Shown in pieces: positions 49,301-64,000 of a stretch of 64,000 nucleotides of DNA. Below the pieces are notes generated by a model. The model did no database searches. It worked only from the letters and a program-made list of their open reading frames with translations, and had not been told where the DNA came from. Each line of letters opens with the position of its first letter. Positions within the stretch are counted from its first letter, which is position 1. This stretch comes from Eledone cirrhosa. Lineage: Eukaryota. A program made the position numbers and the translations under genes. The DNA is taken from positions 400,520,001 to 400,584,000 of the forward strand of contig OZ024741.1 in the NCBI GenBank assembly GCA_964016885.1, written 5' to 3'.

Positions 49301-52300
49301 AATTGAACCCTATCTCTAACACTAAAGAATCCTAAACCTAACTCTAAATTAAACCCTATCTCTAACTCTAAAGAAAACTAAACCTAACTCTAAATTAAAC
49401 CCTATCTCTAACTCTAAAGAAACCTAAACCTAACTCATAAATAAAACCCTATCTCTAACTCTAAAGAAACCTAAATCTAACTCTAAATTAAACCCTATCT
49501 CTAACACTAAAGAAACCTAAACCTAACTCTAAATTAAACCCTATCTCTAACTCTAAAGAAACCTAAACCTAACTCTAAATTAAACCCTATCTCTAACTCA
49601 AACGAAACCTAAACCTAACTCTACATTAAACCCTATCTCTAACTCTAAAGAAACCTAAACCTAACTCTAAATTAAACCCTATCTCTAACTCTAAAGAAAC
49701 CTAAACCTAACTCTAAATTAAACCCTATCTCTAACTCTAAAGAAACCTAAACCTAACTCTAAATTAAACCCTATCTCTAACTCTAAAGAAACCTAAACCT
49801 AACTCTAGATTAAACCCTATCTCTAACCCCAAAGAAACCTCAACCTAACTCTAAATTAAACCCTATCTCTAACTCTAAAGAAACCTAAACCTAACTCTAA
49901 ATTAAACCCTATCTCTAACTCTAAAGAAACCTAAACCTAACTCTAAATTCAAACCTATCTCTAACCCTAAAGAAACCTAAACCTAACTCTAAATTAAACC
50001 CTATCTCTAATTCCAAAGAAACCTAAACCTAACTCTAAATTAAACCCTATCTCTAACTATAAAGAAACCTAAACCTAACTCTAAATTAAACCCTATCTCT
50101 AACTCTAAAGAAAACTAAACCTAACTCTAAATTAAACCCTATCTCTAACTCTAAAGAAACCTAAACCTAACTCTAAATTAAACCCTATCTCTAACTCTAA
50201 AGAAACCTAAACCTAACTCTAAATTAAACCCTATCTCTAACTCTAAAGAAACCTAAACCTAACTCTAAATTAAACCCTATCTCTAACTCTAAAGAAACCT
50301 AAACCTAACTCATAAATAAAACCCTATCTCTAACTCTAAAGAAACCTAAACCTAACTCAAATTAAACCCTATCTCTAACCCTAAAGAAACCTAAACCTAA
50401 CTCTAAATTAAACCCTATCTCTAACTCTAAAGAAACCTAAACCTAACTCTAAATTAAACCCTATCTCTAACTCTAAAGAAACCTAAACCTAACTCTAAAT
50501 TAAACCCTATTTCTTACTCTAAAGAAACCTAAACCTAACTCTAAATTAAACCCTATCTCTAACTCTAAAGAAACCTAAACCTAACTCTAAATTAAACCCT
50601 ATCTCTAACTCTAAAGAAACCTAAACCTAACTCTAAATTAAACCCTATCTCTAACTCTAAAGAAACCTAAACCTAACTCTAAATTAAACCCTATCTCTAA
50701 CTCTAAAGAAACCTAAACCTAACTCTAAATTAAACCCTATCTCTAACTCTAAAGAAACCTAAACCTAACTCTAAATTAAACCCTATCTCTAACTCTAAAG
50801 AAACCTAAACCTAACTCTAAATTAAACCCTATCTCTAATTCTAAAGAAACCTAAACCTAACTCTAAATTAAAACCTATCTCTAACTCTAAAGAAACCTAA
50901 ACCTAACTCTAAATTAAACTCTATTTCTAACCCTAAAGAATCCTAAACCTAACTGTAAATTAAACCCTATCTCTAACTCTAAAGAAACCTAAACCTAACT
51001 CTAAATTAAACCCTATCTCTAACTCTAAAGAAACCTAAACCTAACTCTAAATTAAACCCTATTTCTTACCCTAACGAAACCTAAACCTAACTCTAAATTA
51101 AACCCTATCTCTAACTCTAAAGAAACTTAAACCTAACTCTAAATTAAACCCTATCTCTAACTCTAAAGAAACCGAAACCTAACTCTAAATTAAACCCTAT
51201 CTCTAACTCTAAAGAAACCTAAACCTAACTCTAAATTAAACCCTATCTCTAACTCTAAAGTAACCTAAACCTAATTCTAAATTAAACCCTATCTCTAACT
51301 CTAAAGAAACCTAAACCTAACTCTAAATTAAACCCTATCTCTTACTCTAAAGAAACCTAAACCTAACTCTAAATTAAACCCTATCTCTAACTCTAAAGAA
51401 ACCTAAACCTAACTCTAAATTAAATCCTATCTCTAAATCTAAAGAAACCTAAACCTAACTCTAAATTAAAACCTATCTCTAACTCTAAAGAAACCTAAAC
51501 CTAACTCTAAATTAAACCCTATTTCTAACCCTAAAGAAACCTAAACCTAACTCTAAATTAAACCCTATCTCTAACTCTAAAGAAACCTAAACCTAACTCT
51601 AAATTAAACCCTATCTCTAACTCTAAAGAAACCTAAACCTAACTCTAAATTAAACCCTATCTCTAACTCTAAAGAAACCTAAACCTAACTCTAAATTAAA
51701 CCCTATCTCTAACTCTAAAGAAACCTAAACCTAACTCTAAATTAAACCCTATCTCTAACTCTAAAGTAACCTAAACCTAATTCTAAATTAAACCCTATAT
51801 CTAACTCTAAAGAAACCTAAACCTAACTCTAAATTAAACCCTATCTCTAACTCTAAAGAAACCTAAACCTAACTCTAAATTAAACCCTATCTCTAAATCT
51901 AAAGAAACCTAAACCTGACTCTAAATTAAAACCTATCTCTAACTCTAAAGAAACCTAAACCTAACTCTAAATTAAACCCTATTTCTAACCCTAAAGAAAC
52001 CTAAACCTAACTCTAAATTAAACCCTATCTCTAACTCTAAAGAAACCTAAACCTAACTCTAAATTAAACCCTATCTCTAACTCTAAAGAAACCTAAACCT
52101 AACTCTAAATTAAACCCTATCTCTAACTCTAAAGAAACCTTAACCTAACTCTAAATTAAACCCTATCTCTAACTCTAAAGAAACCTAAACCTAACTCTAA
52201 ATTAAACCCTATCTCTAACTCTAAAGAAACCTAAACCTAACTCTAAATTAAACCCTATCTCTAACTCTAAAGAATCCTAAACCTAACTCTAAATTAAACC

Positions 52301-55300
52301 CTATCTCTAACTCTAAAGAAACCTAAACCTAACTCTAAATTAAACCCTATCTCTAACTCTAAAGAAACCTAAACCTAACTCTGAATTAAACCCTATCTCT
52401 AACCCTAAAGAAACCTAAACCTAACTCTAAATTAAAACCTATCTCTAACTCTAAAGAAACCTAAACCTAACTCTAAATTAAACCCTATTTCTAACCCTAA
52501 AGAATCCTAAACCTAACTGTAAATTAAACCCTATCTCTAACTCTAAAGAAACCTAAACCTAATTCTAAATTAAACCCTATATCTAACTCTAAAGAAACCT
52601 AAACCTAACTCTAAATTAAACCCTATCTCTAACTCTAAAGAAACCTAAACCTAACTCTAAATTAAACCCTATCTCTAACTCTAAAGAAACCTAAACCTAA
52701 CTCTAAATTAAACCCTATCTCTAACTCTAAAGAAACCTAAACCTAACTCTAAATTAAACCCTATCTCTAACTCTAAAGAAACCTAAACCTAACTCATAAA
52801 TAAAACCCTATCTCTAACTCTAAAGAAACCTAAACCTAACTCAAATTAAACCCTATCTCTAACCCTAAAGAAACCTAAACCTAACTCTAAATTAAACCCT
52901 ATCTCTAACTCTAAAGAAACCTAAACCTAACTCTAAATTAAACCCTATCTCTAACTCTAAAGAAACCTAAACCTAACTCTAAATTAAACCCTATTTCTTA
53001 CTCTAAAGAAACCTAAACCTAACTCTAAATTAAACCCTATCTCTAACTCTAAAGAAACCTAAACCTAACTCTAAATTAAACCCTATCTCTAACTCTAAAG
53101 AAACCTAAACCTAACTCTAAATTAAACCCTATCTCTAACTCTAAAGAAACCTAAACCTAACTCTAAATTAAACCCTATCTCTAACTCTAAAGAAACCTAA
53201 ACCTAACTCTAAATTAAACCCTATCTCTAACTCTAAAGAAACCTAAACCTAACTCTAAATTAAACCCTATCTCTAACTCTAAAGAAACCTAAACCTAACT
53301 CTAAATTAAACCCTATCTCTAATTCTAAAGAAACCTAAACCTAACTCTAAATTAAAACCTATCTCTAACTCTAAAGAAACCTAAACCTAACTCTAAATTA
53401 AACTCTATTTCTAACCCTAAAGAATCCTAAACCTAACTGTAAATTAAACCCTATCTCTAACTCTAAAGAAACCTAAACCTAACTCTAAATTAAACCCTAT
53501 CTCTAACTCTAAAGAAACCTAAACCTAACTCTAAATTAAACCCTATTTCTTACCCTAACGAAACCTAAACCTAACTCTAAATTAAACCCTATCTCTAACT
53601 CTAAAGAAACTTAAACCTAACTCTAAATTAAACCCTATCTCTAACTCTAAAGAAACCGAAACCTAACTCTAAATTAAACCCTATCTCTAACTCTAAAGAA
53701 ACCTAAACCTAACTCTAAATTAAACCCTATCTCTAACTCTAAAGTAACCTAAACCTAATTCTAAATTAAACCCTATCTCTAACTCTAAAGAAACCTAAAC
53801 CTAACTCTAAATTAAACCCTATCTCTTACTCTAAAGAAACCTAAACCTAACTCTAAATTAAACCCTATCTCTAACTCTAAAGAAACCTAAACCTAACTCT
53901 AAATTAAATCCTATCTCTAAATCTAAAGAAACCTAAACCTAACTCTAAATTAAAACCTATCTCTAACTCTAAAGAAACCTAAACCTAACTCTAAATTAAA
54001 CCCTATTTCTAACCCTAAAGAAACCTAAACCTAACTCTAAATTAAACCCTATCTCTAACTCTAAAGAAACCTAAACCTAACTCTAAATTAAACCCTATCT
54101 CTAACTCTAAAGAAACCTAAACCTAACTCTAAATTAAACCCTATCTCTAACTCTAAAGAAACCTAAACCTAACTCTAAATTAAACCCTATCTCTAACTCT
54201 AAAGAAACCTAAACCTAACTCTAAATTAAACCCTATCTCTAACTCTAAAGTAACCTAAACCTAATTCTAAATTAAACCCTATATCTAACTCTAAAGAAAC
54301 CTAAACCTAACTCTAAATTAAACCCTATCTCTAACTCTAAAGAAACCTAAACCTAACTCTAAATTAAACCCTATCTCTAAATCTAAAGAAACCTAAACCT
54401 GACTCTAAATTAAAACCTATCTCTAACTCTAAAGAAACCTAAACCTAACTCTAAATTAAACCCTATTTCTAACCCTAAAGAAACCTAAACCTAACTCTAA
54501 ATTAAACCCTATCTCTAACTCTAAAGAAACCTAAACCTAACTCTAAATTAAACCCTATCTCTAACTCTAAAGAAACCTAAACCTAACTCTAAATTAAACC
54601 CTATCTCTAACTCTAAAGAAACCTTAACCTAACTCTAAATTAAACCCTATCTCTAACTCTAAAGAAACCTAAACCTAACTCTAAATTAAACCCTATCTCT
54701 AACTCTAAAGAAACCTAAACCTAACTCTAAATTAAACCCTATCTCTAACTCTAAAGAATCCTAAACCTAACTCTAAATTAAACCCTATCTCTAACTCTAA
54801 AGAAACCTAAACCTAACTCTAAATTAAACCCTATCTCTAACTCTAAAGAAACCTAAACCTAACTCTGAATTAAACCCTATCTCTAACCCTAAAGAAACCT
54901 AAACCTAACTCTAAATTAAAACCTATCTCTAACTCTAAAGAAACCTAAACCTAACTCTAAATTAAACCCTATTTCTAACCCTAAAGAATCCTAAACCTAA
55001 CTGTAAATTAAACCCTATCTCTAACTCTAAAGAAACCTAAACCTAATTCTAAATTAAACCCTATATCTAACTCTAAAGAAACCTAAACCTAACTCTAAAT
55101 TAAACCCTATCTCTAACTCTAAAGAAACCTAAACCTAACTCTAAATTAAACCCTATCTCTAAATCTAAAGAAACCTAAACCTGACTCTAAATTAAAACCT
55201 ATCTCTAACTCTAAAGAAACCTAAACCTAACTCTAAATTAAACCCTATCTCTAACTCTAAAGAAACCTAAACCTAACTCTAAATTAAACCCTATCTCTAA

Positions 55301-58300
55301 CTCTAAAGAAACCTAAACCTAACTCTAAATTAAACCCTATCTCTAACTCTAAAGAAACCTAAACCTAACTCTAAATTAAACCCTATCTCTAACTCTAAAG
55401 AAACCTAAACCTAACTCTAAATTAAACCCTATCTCTAACTCTAAAGAAACCTAAACCTAACTCTAAATTAAACCCTATCTCTAATTCTAAAGAAACCTAA
55501 ACCTAACTCTAAATTAAAACCTATCTCTAACTCTAAAGAAACCTAAACCTAACTCTAAATTAAACTCTATTTCTAACCCTAAAGAATCCTAAACCTAACT
55601 GTAAATTAAACCCTATCTCTAACTCTAAAGAAACCTAAACCTAACTCTAAATTAAACCCTATCTCTAACTCTAAAGAAACCTAAACCTAACTCTAAATTA
55701 AACCCTATTTCTTACCCTAACGAAACCTAAACCTAACTCTAAATTAAACCCTATCTCTAACTCTAAAGAAACTTAAACCTAACTCTAAATTAAACCCTAT
55801 CTCTAACTCTAAAGAAACCGAAACCTAACTCTAAATTAAACCCTATCTCTAACTCTAAAGAAACCTAAACCTAACTCTAAATTAAACCCTATCTCTAACT
55901 CTAAAGTAACCTAAACCTAATTCTAAATTAAACCCTATCTCTAACTCTAAAGAAACCTAAACCTAACTCTAAATTAAACCCTATCTCTTACTCTAAAGAA
56001 ACCTAAACCTAACTCTAAATTAAACCCTATCTCTAACTCTAAAGAAACCTAAACCTAACTCTAAATTAAATCCTATCTCTAAATCTAAAGAAACCTAAAC
56101 CTAACTCTAAATTAAAACCTATCTCTAACTCTAAAGAAACCTAAACCTAACTCTAAATTAAACCCTATTTCTAACCCTAAAGAAACCTAAACCTAACTCT
56201 AAATTAAACCCTATCTCTAACTCTAAAGAAACCTAAACCTAACTCTAAATTAAACCCTATCTCTAACTCTAAAGAAACCTAAACCTAACTCTAAATTAAA
56301 CCCTATCTCTAACTCTAAAGAAACCTAAACCTAACTCTAAATTAAACCCTATCTCTAACTCTAAAGAAACCTAAACCTAACTCTAAATTAAACCCTATCT
56401 CTAACTCTAAAGTAACCTAAACCTAATTCTAAATTAAACCCTATATCTAACTCTAAAGAAACCTAAACCTAACTCTAAATTAAACCCTATCTCTAACTCT
56501 AAAGAAACCTAAACCTAACTCTAAATTAAACCCTATCTCTAAATCTAAAGAAACCTAAACCTGACTCTAAATTAAAACCTATCTCTAACTCTAAAGAAAC
56601 CTAAACCTAACTCTAAATTAAACCCTATTTCTAACCCTAAAGAAACCTAAACCTAACTCTAAATTAAACCCTATCTCTAACTCTAAAGAAACCTAAACCT
56701 AACTCTAAATTAAACCCTATCTCTAACTCTAAAGAAACCTAAACCTAACTCTAAATTAAACCCTATCTCTAACTCTAAAGAAACCTTAACCTAACTCTAA
56801 ATTAAACCCTATCTCTAACTCTAAAGAAACCTAAACCTAACTCTAAATTAAACCCTATCTCTAACTCTAAAGAAACCTAAACCTAACTCTAAATTAAACC
56901 CTATCTCTAACTCTAAAGAATCCTAAACCTAACTCTAAATTAAACCCTATCTCTAACTCTAAAGAAACCTAAACCTAACTCTAAATTAAACCCTATCTCT
57001 AACTCTAAAGAAACCTAAACCTAACTCTGAATTAAACCCTATCTCTAACCCTAAAGAAACCTAAACCTAACTCTAAATTAAAACCTATCTCTAACTCTAA
57101 AGAAACCTAAACCTAACTCTAAATTAAACCCTATTTCTAACCCTAAAGAATCCTAAACCTAACTGTAAATTAAACCCTATCTCTAACTCTAAAGAAACCT
57201 AAACCTAATTCTAAATTAAACCCTATATCTAACTCTAAAGAAACCTAAACCTAACTCTAAATTAAACCCTATCTCTAACTCTAAAGAAACCTAAACCTAA
57301 CTCTAAATTAAACCCTATCTCTAAATCTAAAGAAACCTAAACCTGACTCTAAATTAAAACCTATCTCTAACTCTAAAGAAACCTAAACCTAACTCTAAAT
57401 TAAACCCTATTTCTAACCCTAAAGAAACCTAAACCTAACTCTAAATTAAACCCTATCTCTAACTCTAAAGAAACCTAAACCTAACTCTAAATTAAACCCT
57501 ATCTCTAACTCTAAAGTAACCTAAACCTAATTCTAAATTAAACCCTATCTCTAACTCTAAAGAAACCTAAACCTAACTCTAAATTAAACCCTATCTCTAA
57601 CTCTAAAGAAACCTAAACCTAACTCTAAATTAAACCCTATCTCTAACTCTAAAGAAACCTAAACCTAACTCTAAATTAAACCCTATCTCTAACTCTAAAG
57701 AAACCTAAACCTAACTCTAAATTAAACCCTATCTCTAACTCTAAAGAAACCTAAACCTAACTCTAAATTAAACCCTATCTCTAACTCTAAAGAATCCTAA
57801 ACCTAACTCTAAATTAAACCCTATCTCTAACTCTAAAGAAACCTAAACCTAACTCTAAATTAAACCCTATCTCTAACTCTAAAGAAACCTAAACCTAACT
57901 CTGAATTAAACCCTATCTCTAACCCTAAAGAAACCTAAACCTAACTCTAAATTAAAACCTATCTCTAACTCTAAAGAAACCTAAACCTAACTCTAAATTA
58001 AACCCTATTTCTAACCCTAAAGAATCCTAAACCTAACTGTAAATTAAACCCTATCTCTAACTCTAAAGAAACCTAAACCTAACTCTAAATTAAACCCTAT
58101 CTCTAACTCTAAAGAAACCTAAACCTAACTCTAAATTAAACCCTATTTCTTACCCTAAAGAAACCTAAACCTAACTCTAAATTAAACCCTATCTCTAACT
58201 CTAAAGAAACTTAAACCTAACTCTAAATTAAACCCTATCTCTAACTCTAAAGAAACCTAAACCTAACTCTAAATTAAACCCTATCTCTAACTCTAAAGAA

Positions 58301-61300
58301 ACCTAAACCTAACTCTAAATTAAACCCTATCTCTAACTCTAAAGAAACCTAAACCTAACTCTAAATTAAACCCTATCTCTAACTCTAAAGAAACCTAAAC
58401 CTAACTCTAAATTAAACCCTATCTCTAACTCTAAAGAAACCTAAACCTAACTCTAAATTAAATCCTATCTCTAAATCTAAAGAAACCTAAACCTAACTCT
58501 AAATTAAAACCTATCTCTAACTCTAAAGAAACCTAAACCTAACTCTAAATTAAACCCTATTTCTAACCCTAAAGAAACCTAAACCTAACTCTAAATTAAA
58601 CCCTATCTCTAACTCTAAAGAAACCTAAACCTAACTCTAAATTAAACCCTATCTCTAACTCTAAAGAAACCTAAACCTAACTCTAAATTAAACCCTATCT
58701 CTGACTCTAAAGAAACCTAAACCTAACTCTAAATTAAACCCTATCTCTAACTCTAAAGAAACCTAAACCTAACTCTAAATTAAACCCTATCTCTAACTCT
58801 AAAGAAACCTAAACCTAACTCTAAATTAAACCCTATCTCTAACTCTAAAGAAACCTAAACCTAACTCTAAATTAAACCCTATCTCTAACTCTAAAGAAAC
58901 CTAAACCTAACTCTAAATTAAATCCTATCTCTAAATCTAAAGAAACCTAAACCTAACTCTAAATTAAAACCTATCTCTAACTCTAAAGAAAGCTAAACCT
59001 AACTCTAAATTAAACCCTATTTCTAACCCTAAAGAAACCTAAACCTAACTCTAAATTAAACCCTATCTCTAACTCTAAAGAAACCTAAACCTAACTCTAA
59101 ATTAAACCCTATCTCTAACTCTAAAGAAACCTAAACCTAACTCTAAATTAAACCCTATCTCTAACTCTAAAGAAACCTAAACCTAACTCTAAATTAAACC
59201 CTATCTCTAACTCTAAAGAAACCTAAACCTAACTCTAAATTAAACCCTATCTCTAACTCTAAAGTAACCTAAACCTAATTCTAAATTAAACCCTATCTCT
59301 AACTCTAAAGAAACCTAAACCTAACTCTAAATTAAACCCTATCTCTAACTCTAAAGAAACCTAAACCTAACTCTAAATTAAACCCTATCTCTAAATCTAA
59401 AGAAACCTAAACCTGACTCTAAATTAAAACCTATCTCTAACTCTAAAGAAACCTAAACCTAACTCTAAATTAAACCCTATCTCTAACTCTAAAGAAACCT
59501 AAACCTAACTCTAAATTAAATCCTATCTCTAAATCTAAAGAAACCTAAACCTAACTCTAAATTAAACCCTATCTCTAACTCTAAAGAAACCTAAACCTAA
59601 CTCTAAATTAAACCCTATTTCTAACCCTAAAGAAACCTAAACCTAACTCTAAATTAAACCCTATCTCTAACTCTAAAGAAACCTAAACCTAACTCTAAAT
59701 TAAACCCTATCACTAACTCTAAAGAAACCTAAACCAAACTCTAAATTAAACCCTATCTCTAACTCTAAAGAAACCTAAACCTAACTCTAAATTAAACCCT
59801 ATCTCTAACTCTAAAGAAACCTAAACCTAACTCTAAATTAAACCCTATCTCTAACTCTAAAGAAACCTAAACCTAACTCTAAATTAAACCCTATCTCTAA
59901 CTCTAAAGTAACCTAAACCTAATTCTAAATTAAACCCTATCTCTAACTCTAAAGAAACCTAAACCTAACTCTAAATTAAACCCTATCTCTAACTCTAAAG
60001 AAACCTAAACCTAACTCTAAATTAAACCCTATCTCTAAATCTAAAGAAACCTAAACCTGACTCTAAATTAAAACCTATCTCTAACTCTAAAGAAACCTAA
60101 ACCTAACTCTAAATTAAACCCTATTTCTAACCCTAAAGAAACCTAAACCTAACTCTAAATTAAACCCTATCTCTAACTCTAAAGAAACCTAAACCTAACT
60201 CTAAATTAAACCCTATCTCTAACTCTAAAGTAACCTAAACCTAATTCTAAATTAAACCCTATCTCTAACTCTAAAGAAACCTAAACCTAACTCTAAATTA
60301 AACCCTATCTCTAACTCTAAAGAAACCTAAACCTAACTCTAAATTAAACCCTATCTCTAACTCTAAAGAAACCTAAACCTAACTCTAAATTAAACCCTAT
60401 CTCTAACTCTAAAGAAACCTAAACCTAACTCTAAATTAAACCCTATCTCTAACTCTAAAGAAACCTAAACCTAACTCTAAATTAAACCCTATCTCTAACT
60501 CTAAAGTAACCTAAACCTAATTCTAAATTAAACCCTATATCTAACTCTAAAGAAACCTAAACCTAACTCTAAATTAAACCCTATCTCTAACTCTAAAGAA
60601 ACCTAAACCTAACTCTAAATTAAACCCTATCTCTAACTCTAAAGAAACCTAAACCTAACTCTAAATTAAACCCTATCTCTAACTCTAAAGAAACCTAAAC
60701 CTAACTCTAAATTAAACCCTATCTCTAACTCTAAAGAAACCTAAACCTAACTCTAAATTAAACCCTATCTCTAACTCTAAAGAAACCTAAACCTAACTCT
60801 AAATTAAACCCTATCTCTAACTCTAAAGAAACCTAAACCTAACTCTAAATTAAACCCTATCTCTAACTCTAAAGAAACCTAAACCTAACTCTAAATTAAA
60901 CCCTATTTCTTACCCTAACGAAGCCTAAACCTAACTCTAAATTAAACCCTATCTCTAACTCTAAAGAAACCTAAACCTAACTCTAAATTAAACCCTATTT
61001 CTTACCCTAACGAAACCTAAACCTAACTCTAAATTAAACCCTATCTCTACCTCTAAAGAAACTTAAACCTAACTCTAAATTAAACCCTATCTCTAACTCT
61101 AAAGAAACCGAAACCTAACTCTAAATTAAACCCTATCTCTAACTCTAAAGAAACCTAAACCTAACTCTAAATTAAACCCTATCTCTAACTCTAAAGTAAC
61201 CTAAACCTAATTCTAAATTAAACCCTATCTCTAACTCTAAAGAAACCTAAACCTAACTCTAAATTAAACCCTATCTCTTACTCTAAAGAAACCTAAACCT

Positions 61301-64000
61301 AACTCTAAATTAAACCCTATCTCTAACTCTAAAGAAACCTAAACCTAACTCTAAATTAAATCCTATCTCTAAATCTAAAGAAACCTAAACCTAACTCTAA
61401 ATTAAAACCTATCTCTAACTCTAAAGAAACCTAAACCTAACTCTAAATTAAACCCTATTTCTAACCCTAAAGAAACCTAAACCTAACTCTAAATTAAACC
61501 CTATCTCTAACTCTAAAGAAACCTAAACCTAACTCTAAATTAAACCCTATCTCTAACTCTAAAGAAACCTAAACCTAACTCTAAATTAAACCCTATCTCT
61601 AACTCTAAAGAAACCTAAACCTAACTCTAAATTAAACCCTATCTCTAACTCTAAAGAAACCTAAACCTAACTCTAAATTAAACCCTATCTCTAACTCTAA
61701 AGTAACCTAAACCTAATTCTAAATTAAACCCTATATCTAACTCTAAAGAAACCTAAACCTAACTCTAAATTAAACCCTATCTCTAACTCTAAAGAAACCT
61801 AAACCTAACTCTAAATTAAACCCTATCTCTAAATCTAATGAAACCTAAACCTGACTCTAAATTAAAACCTATCTCTAACTCTAAAGAAACCTAAACCTAA
61901 CTCTAAATTAAACCCTATTTCTAACCCTAAAGAAACCTAAACCTAACTCTAAATTAAACCCTATCTCTAACTCTAAAGAAACCTAAACCTAACTCTAAAT
62001 TAAACCCTATCTCTAACTCTAAAGAAACCTAAACCTAACTCTAAATTAAACCCTATCTCTAACTCTAAAGAAACCTTAACCTAACTCTAAATTAAACCCT
62101 ATCTCTAACTCTAAAGAAACCTAAACCTAACTCTAAATTAAACCCTATCTCTAACTCTAAAGAAACCTAAACCTAACTCTAAATTAAACCCTATCTCTAA
62201 CTCTAAAGAATCCTAAACCTAACTCTAAATTAAACCCTATCTCTAACTCTAAAGAAACCTAAACCTAACTCTAAATTAAACCCTATCTCTAACTCTAAAG
62301 AAACCTAAACCTAACTCTGAATTAAACCCTATCTCTAACCCTAAAGAAACCTAAACCTAACTCTAAATTAAAACCTATCTCTAACTCTAAAGAAACCTAA
62401 ACCTAACTCTAAATTAAACCCTATTTCTAACCCTAAAGAATCCTAAACCTAACTGTAAATTAAACCCTATCTCTAACTCTAAAGAAACCTAAACCTAATT
62501 CTAAATTAAACCCTATATCTAACTCTAAAGAAACCTAAACCTAACTCTAAATTAAACCCTATCTCTAACTCTAAAGAAACCTAAACCTAACTCTAAATTA
62601 AACCCTATCTCTAAATCTAAAGAAACCTAAACCTGACTCTAAATTAAAACCTATCTCTAACTCTAAAGAAACCTAAACCTAACTCTAAATTAAACCCTAT
62701 TTCTAACCCTAAAGAAACCTAAACCTAACTCTAAATTAAACCCTATCTCTAACTCTAAAGAAACCTAAACCTAACTCTAAATTAAACCCTATCTCTAACT
62801 CTAAAGTAACCTAAACCTAATTCTAAATTAAACCCTATCTCTAACTCTAAAGAAACCTAAACCTAACTCTAAATTAAACCCTATCTCTAACTCTAAAGAA
62901 ACCTAAACCTAACTCTAAATTAAACCCTATCTCTAACTCTAAAGAAACCTAAACCTAACTCTAAATTAAACCCTATCTCTAACTCTAAAGAAACCTAAAC
63001 CTAACTCTAAATTAAACCCTATCTCTAACTCTAAAGAAACCTAAACCTAACTCTAAATTAAACCCTATCTCTAACTCTAAAGAATCCTAAACCTAACTCT
63101 AAATTAAACCCTATCTCTAACTCTAAAGAAACCTAAACCTAACTCTAAATTAAACCCTATCTCTAACTCTAAAGAAACCTAAACCTAACTCTGGATTAAA
63201 CCCTATCTCTAACCCTAAAGAAACCTAAACCTAACTCTAAATTAAAACCTATCTCTAACTCTAAAGAAACCTAAACCTAACTCTAAATTAAACCCTATTT
63301 CTAACCCTAAAGAAACCTAAACCTAACTCTAAATTAAACCCTATCTCTAACTCTAAAGAAACCTAAACCTAACTCTAAATTAAACCCTATCTCTAACTCT
63401 AAAGAAACCTAAACCTAACTCTAAATTAAACCCTATCTCTGACTCTAAAGAAACCTAAACCTAACTCTAAATTAAACCCTATCTCTAACTCTAAAGAAAC
63501 CTAAACCTAACTCTAAATTAAACCCTATCTCTAACTCTAAAGAAACCTAAACCTAACTCTAAATTAAACCCTATCTCTAACTCTAAAGAAACCTAAACCT
63601 AACTCTAAATTAAACCCTATCTCTAACTCTAAAGAAACCTAAACCTAACTCTAAATTAAATCCTATCTCTAAATCTAAAGAAACCTAAACCTAACTCTAA
63701 ATTAAAACCTATCTCTAACTCTAAAGAAAGCTAAACCTAACTCTAAATTAAACCCTATTTCTAACCCTAAAGAAACCTAAACCTAACTCTAAATTAAACC
63801 CTATCTCTAACTCTAAAGAAACCTAAACCTAACTCTAAATTAAACCCTATCTCTAACTCTAAAGAAACCTAAACCTAACTCTAAATTAAACCCTATCTCT
63901 AACTCTAAAGAAACCTAAACCTAACTCTAAATTAAACCCTATCTCTAACTCTAAAGAAACCTAAACCTAACTCTAAATTAAACCCTATCTCTAACTCTAA
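19355..64000 (+). repeat. 46-bp telomere-repeat-like satellite array, about 970 copies, running off the window
   Basis: Consensus GAAACCTAAACCTAACTCTAAATTAAACCCTATCTCTAACTCTAAA, with a 46-bp period (e.g. 21421 to 21467). No interrupting unique sequence or ORF was seen. Confidence 0.99.

Noticed and set aside
19355-64000. A true telomere, or a coding repeat
   Set aside because: The unit is a 46-bp degenerate monomer rather than pure (CCCTAA)n, its orientation is wrong for a right-hand chromosome end, and the ORF track shows no ORF in it.

Overview
Eukaryotic, AT-rich, microsatellite-rich DNA, probably from a mollusc or cephalopod (inferred from the SINE family and a TTAGGG-like satellite). 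No intact host gene is visible. Positions 1-19 kb are a dense transposon graveyard: clustered Helitron remnants (1-3264), a near-full-length but disabled Penelope-like retroelement (PLE) with Hydra-clade hallmarks (6200-9618, minus strand), a Chapaev3-like transposase 3' end, RTE-like and CRE-like LINE fragments, four tRNA-derived SINEs and two MITE copies. The (TA)n microsatellites between 3.5 and 14.9 kb hold several unrelated short non-coding inserts that carry type I hammerhead ribozyme (HHR) folds, several with non-canonical cores. These inserts have terminal direct repeats or fold-back structures, as in retrozymes or solo pseudo-LTRs (pLTRs). One is a 300-bp internally deleted derivative of the neighbouring PLE. 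From about 19.3 kb to the window end lies an uninterrupted array (about 44.6 kb, about 970 copies) of a 46-bp satellite built from degenerate CCCTAA hexamers. It has a divergent edge, kb-scale higher-order duplications, and an orientation opposite to that of a native right-hand telomere.
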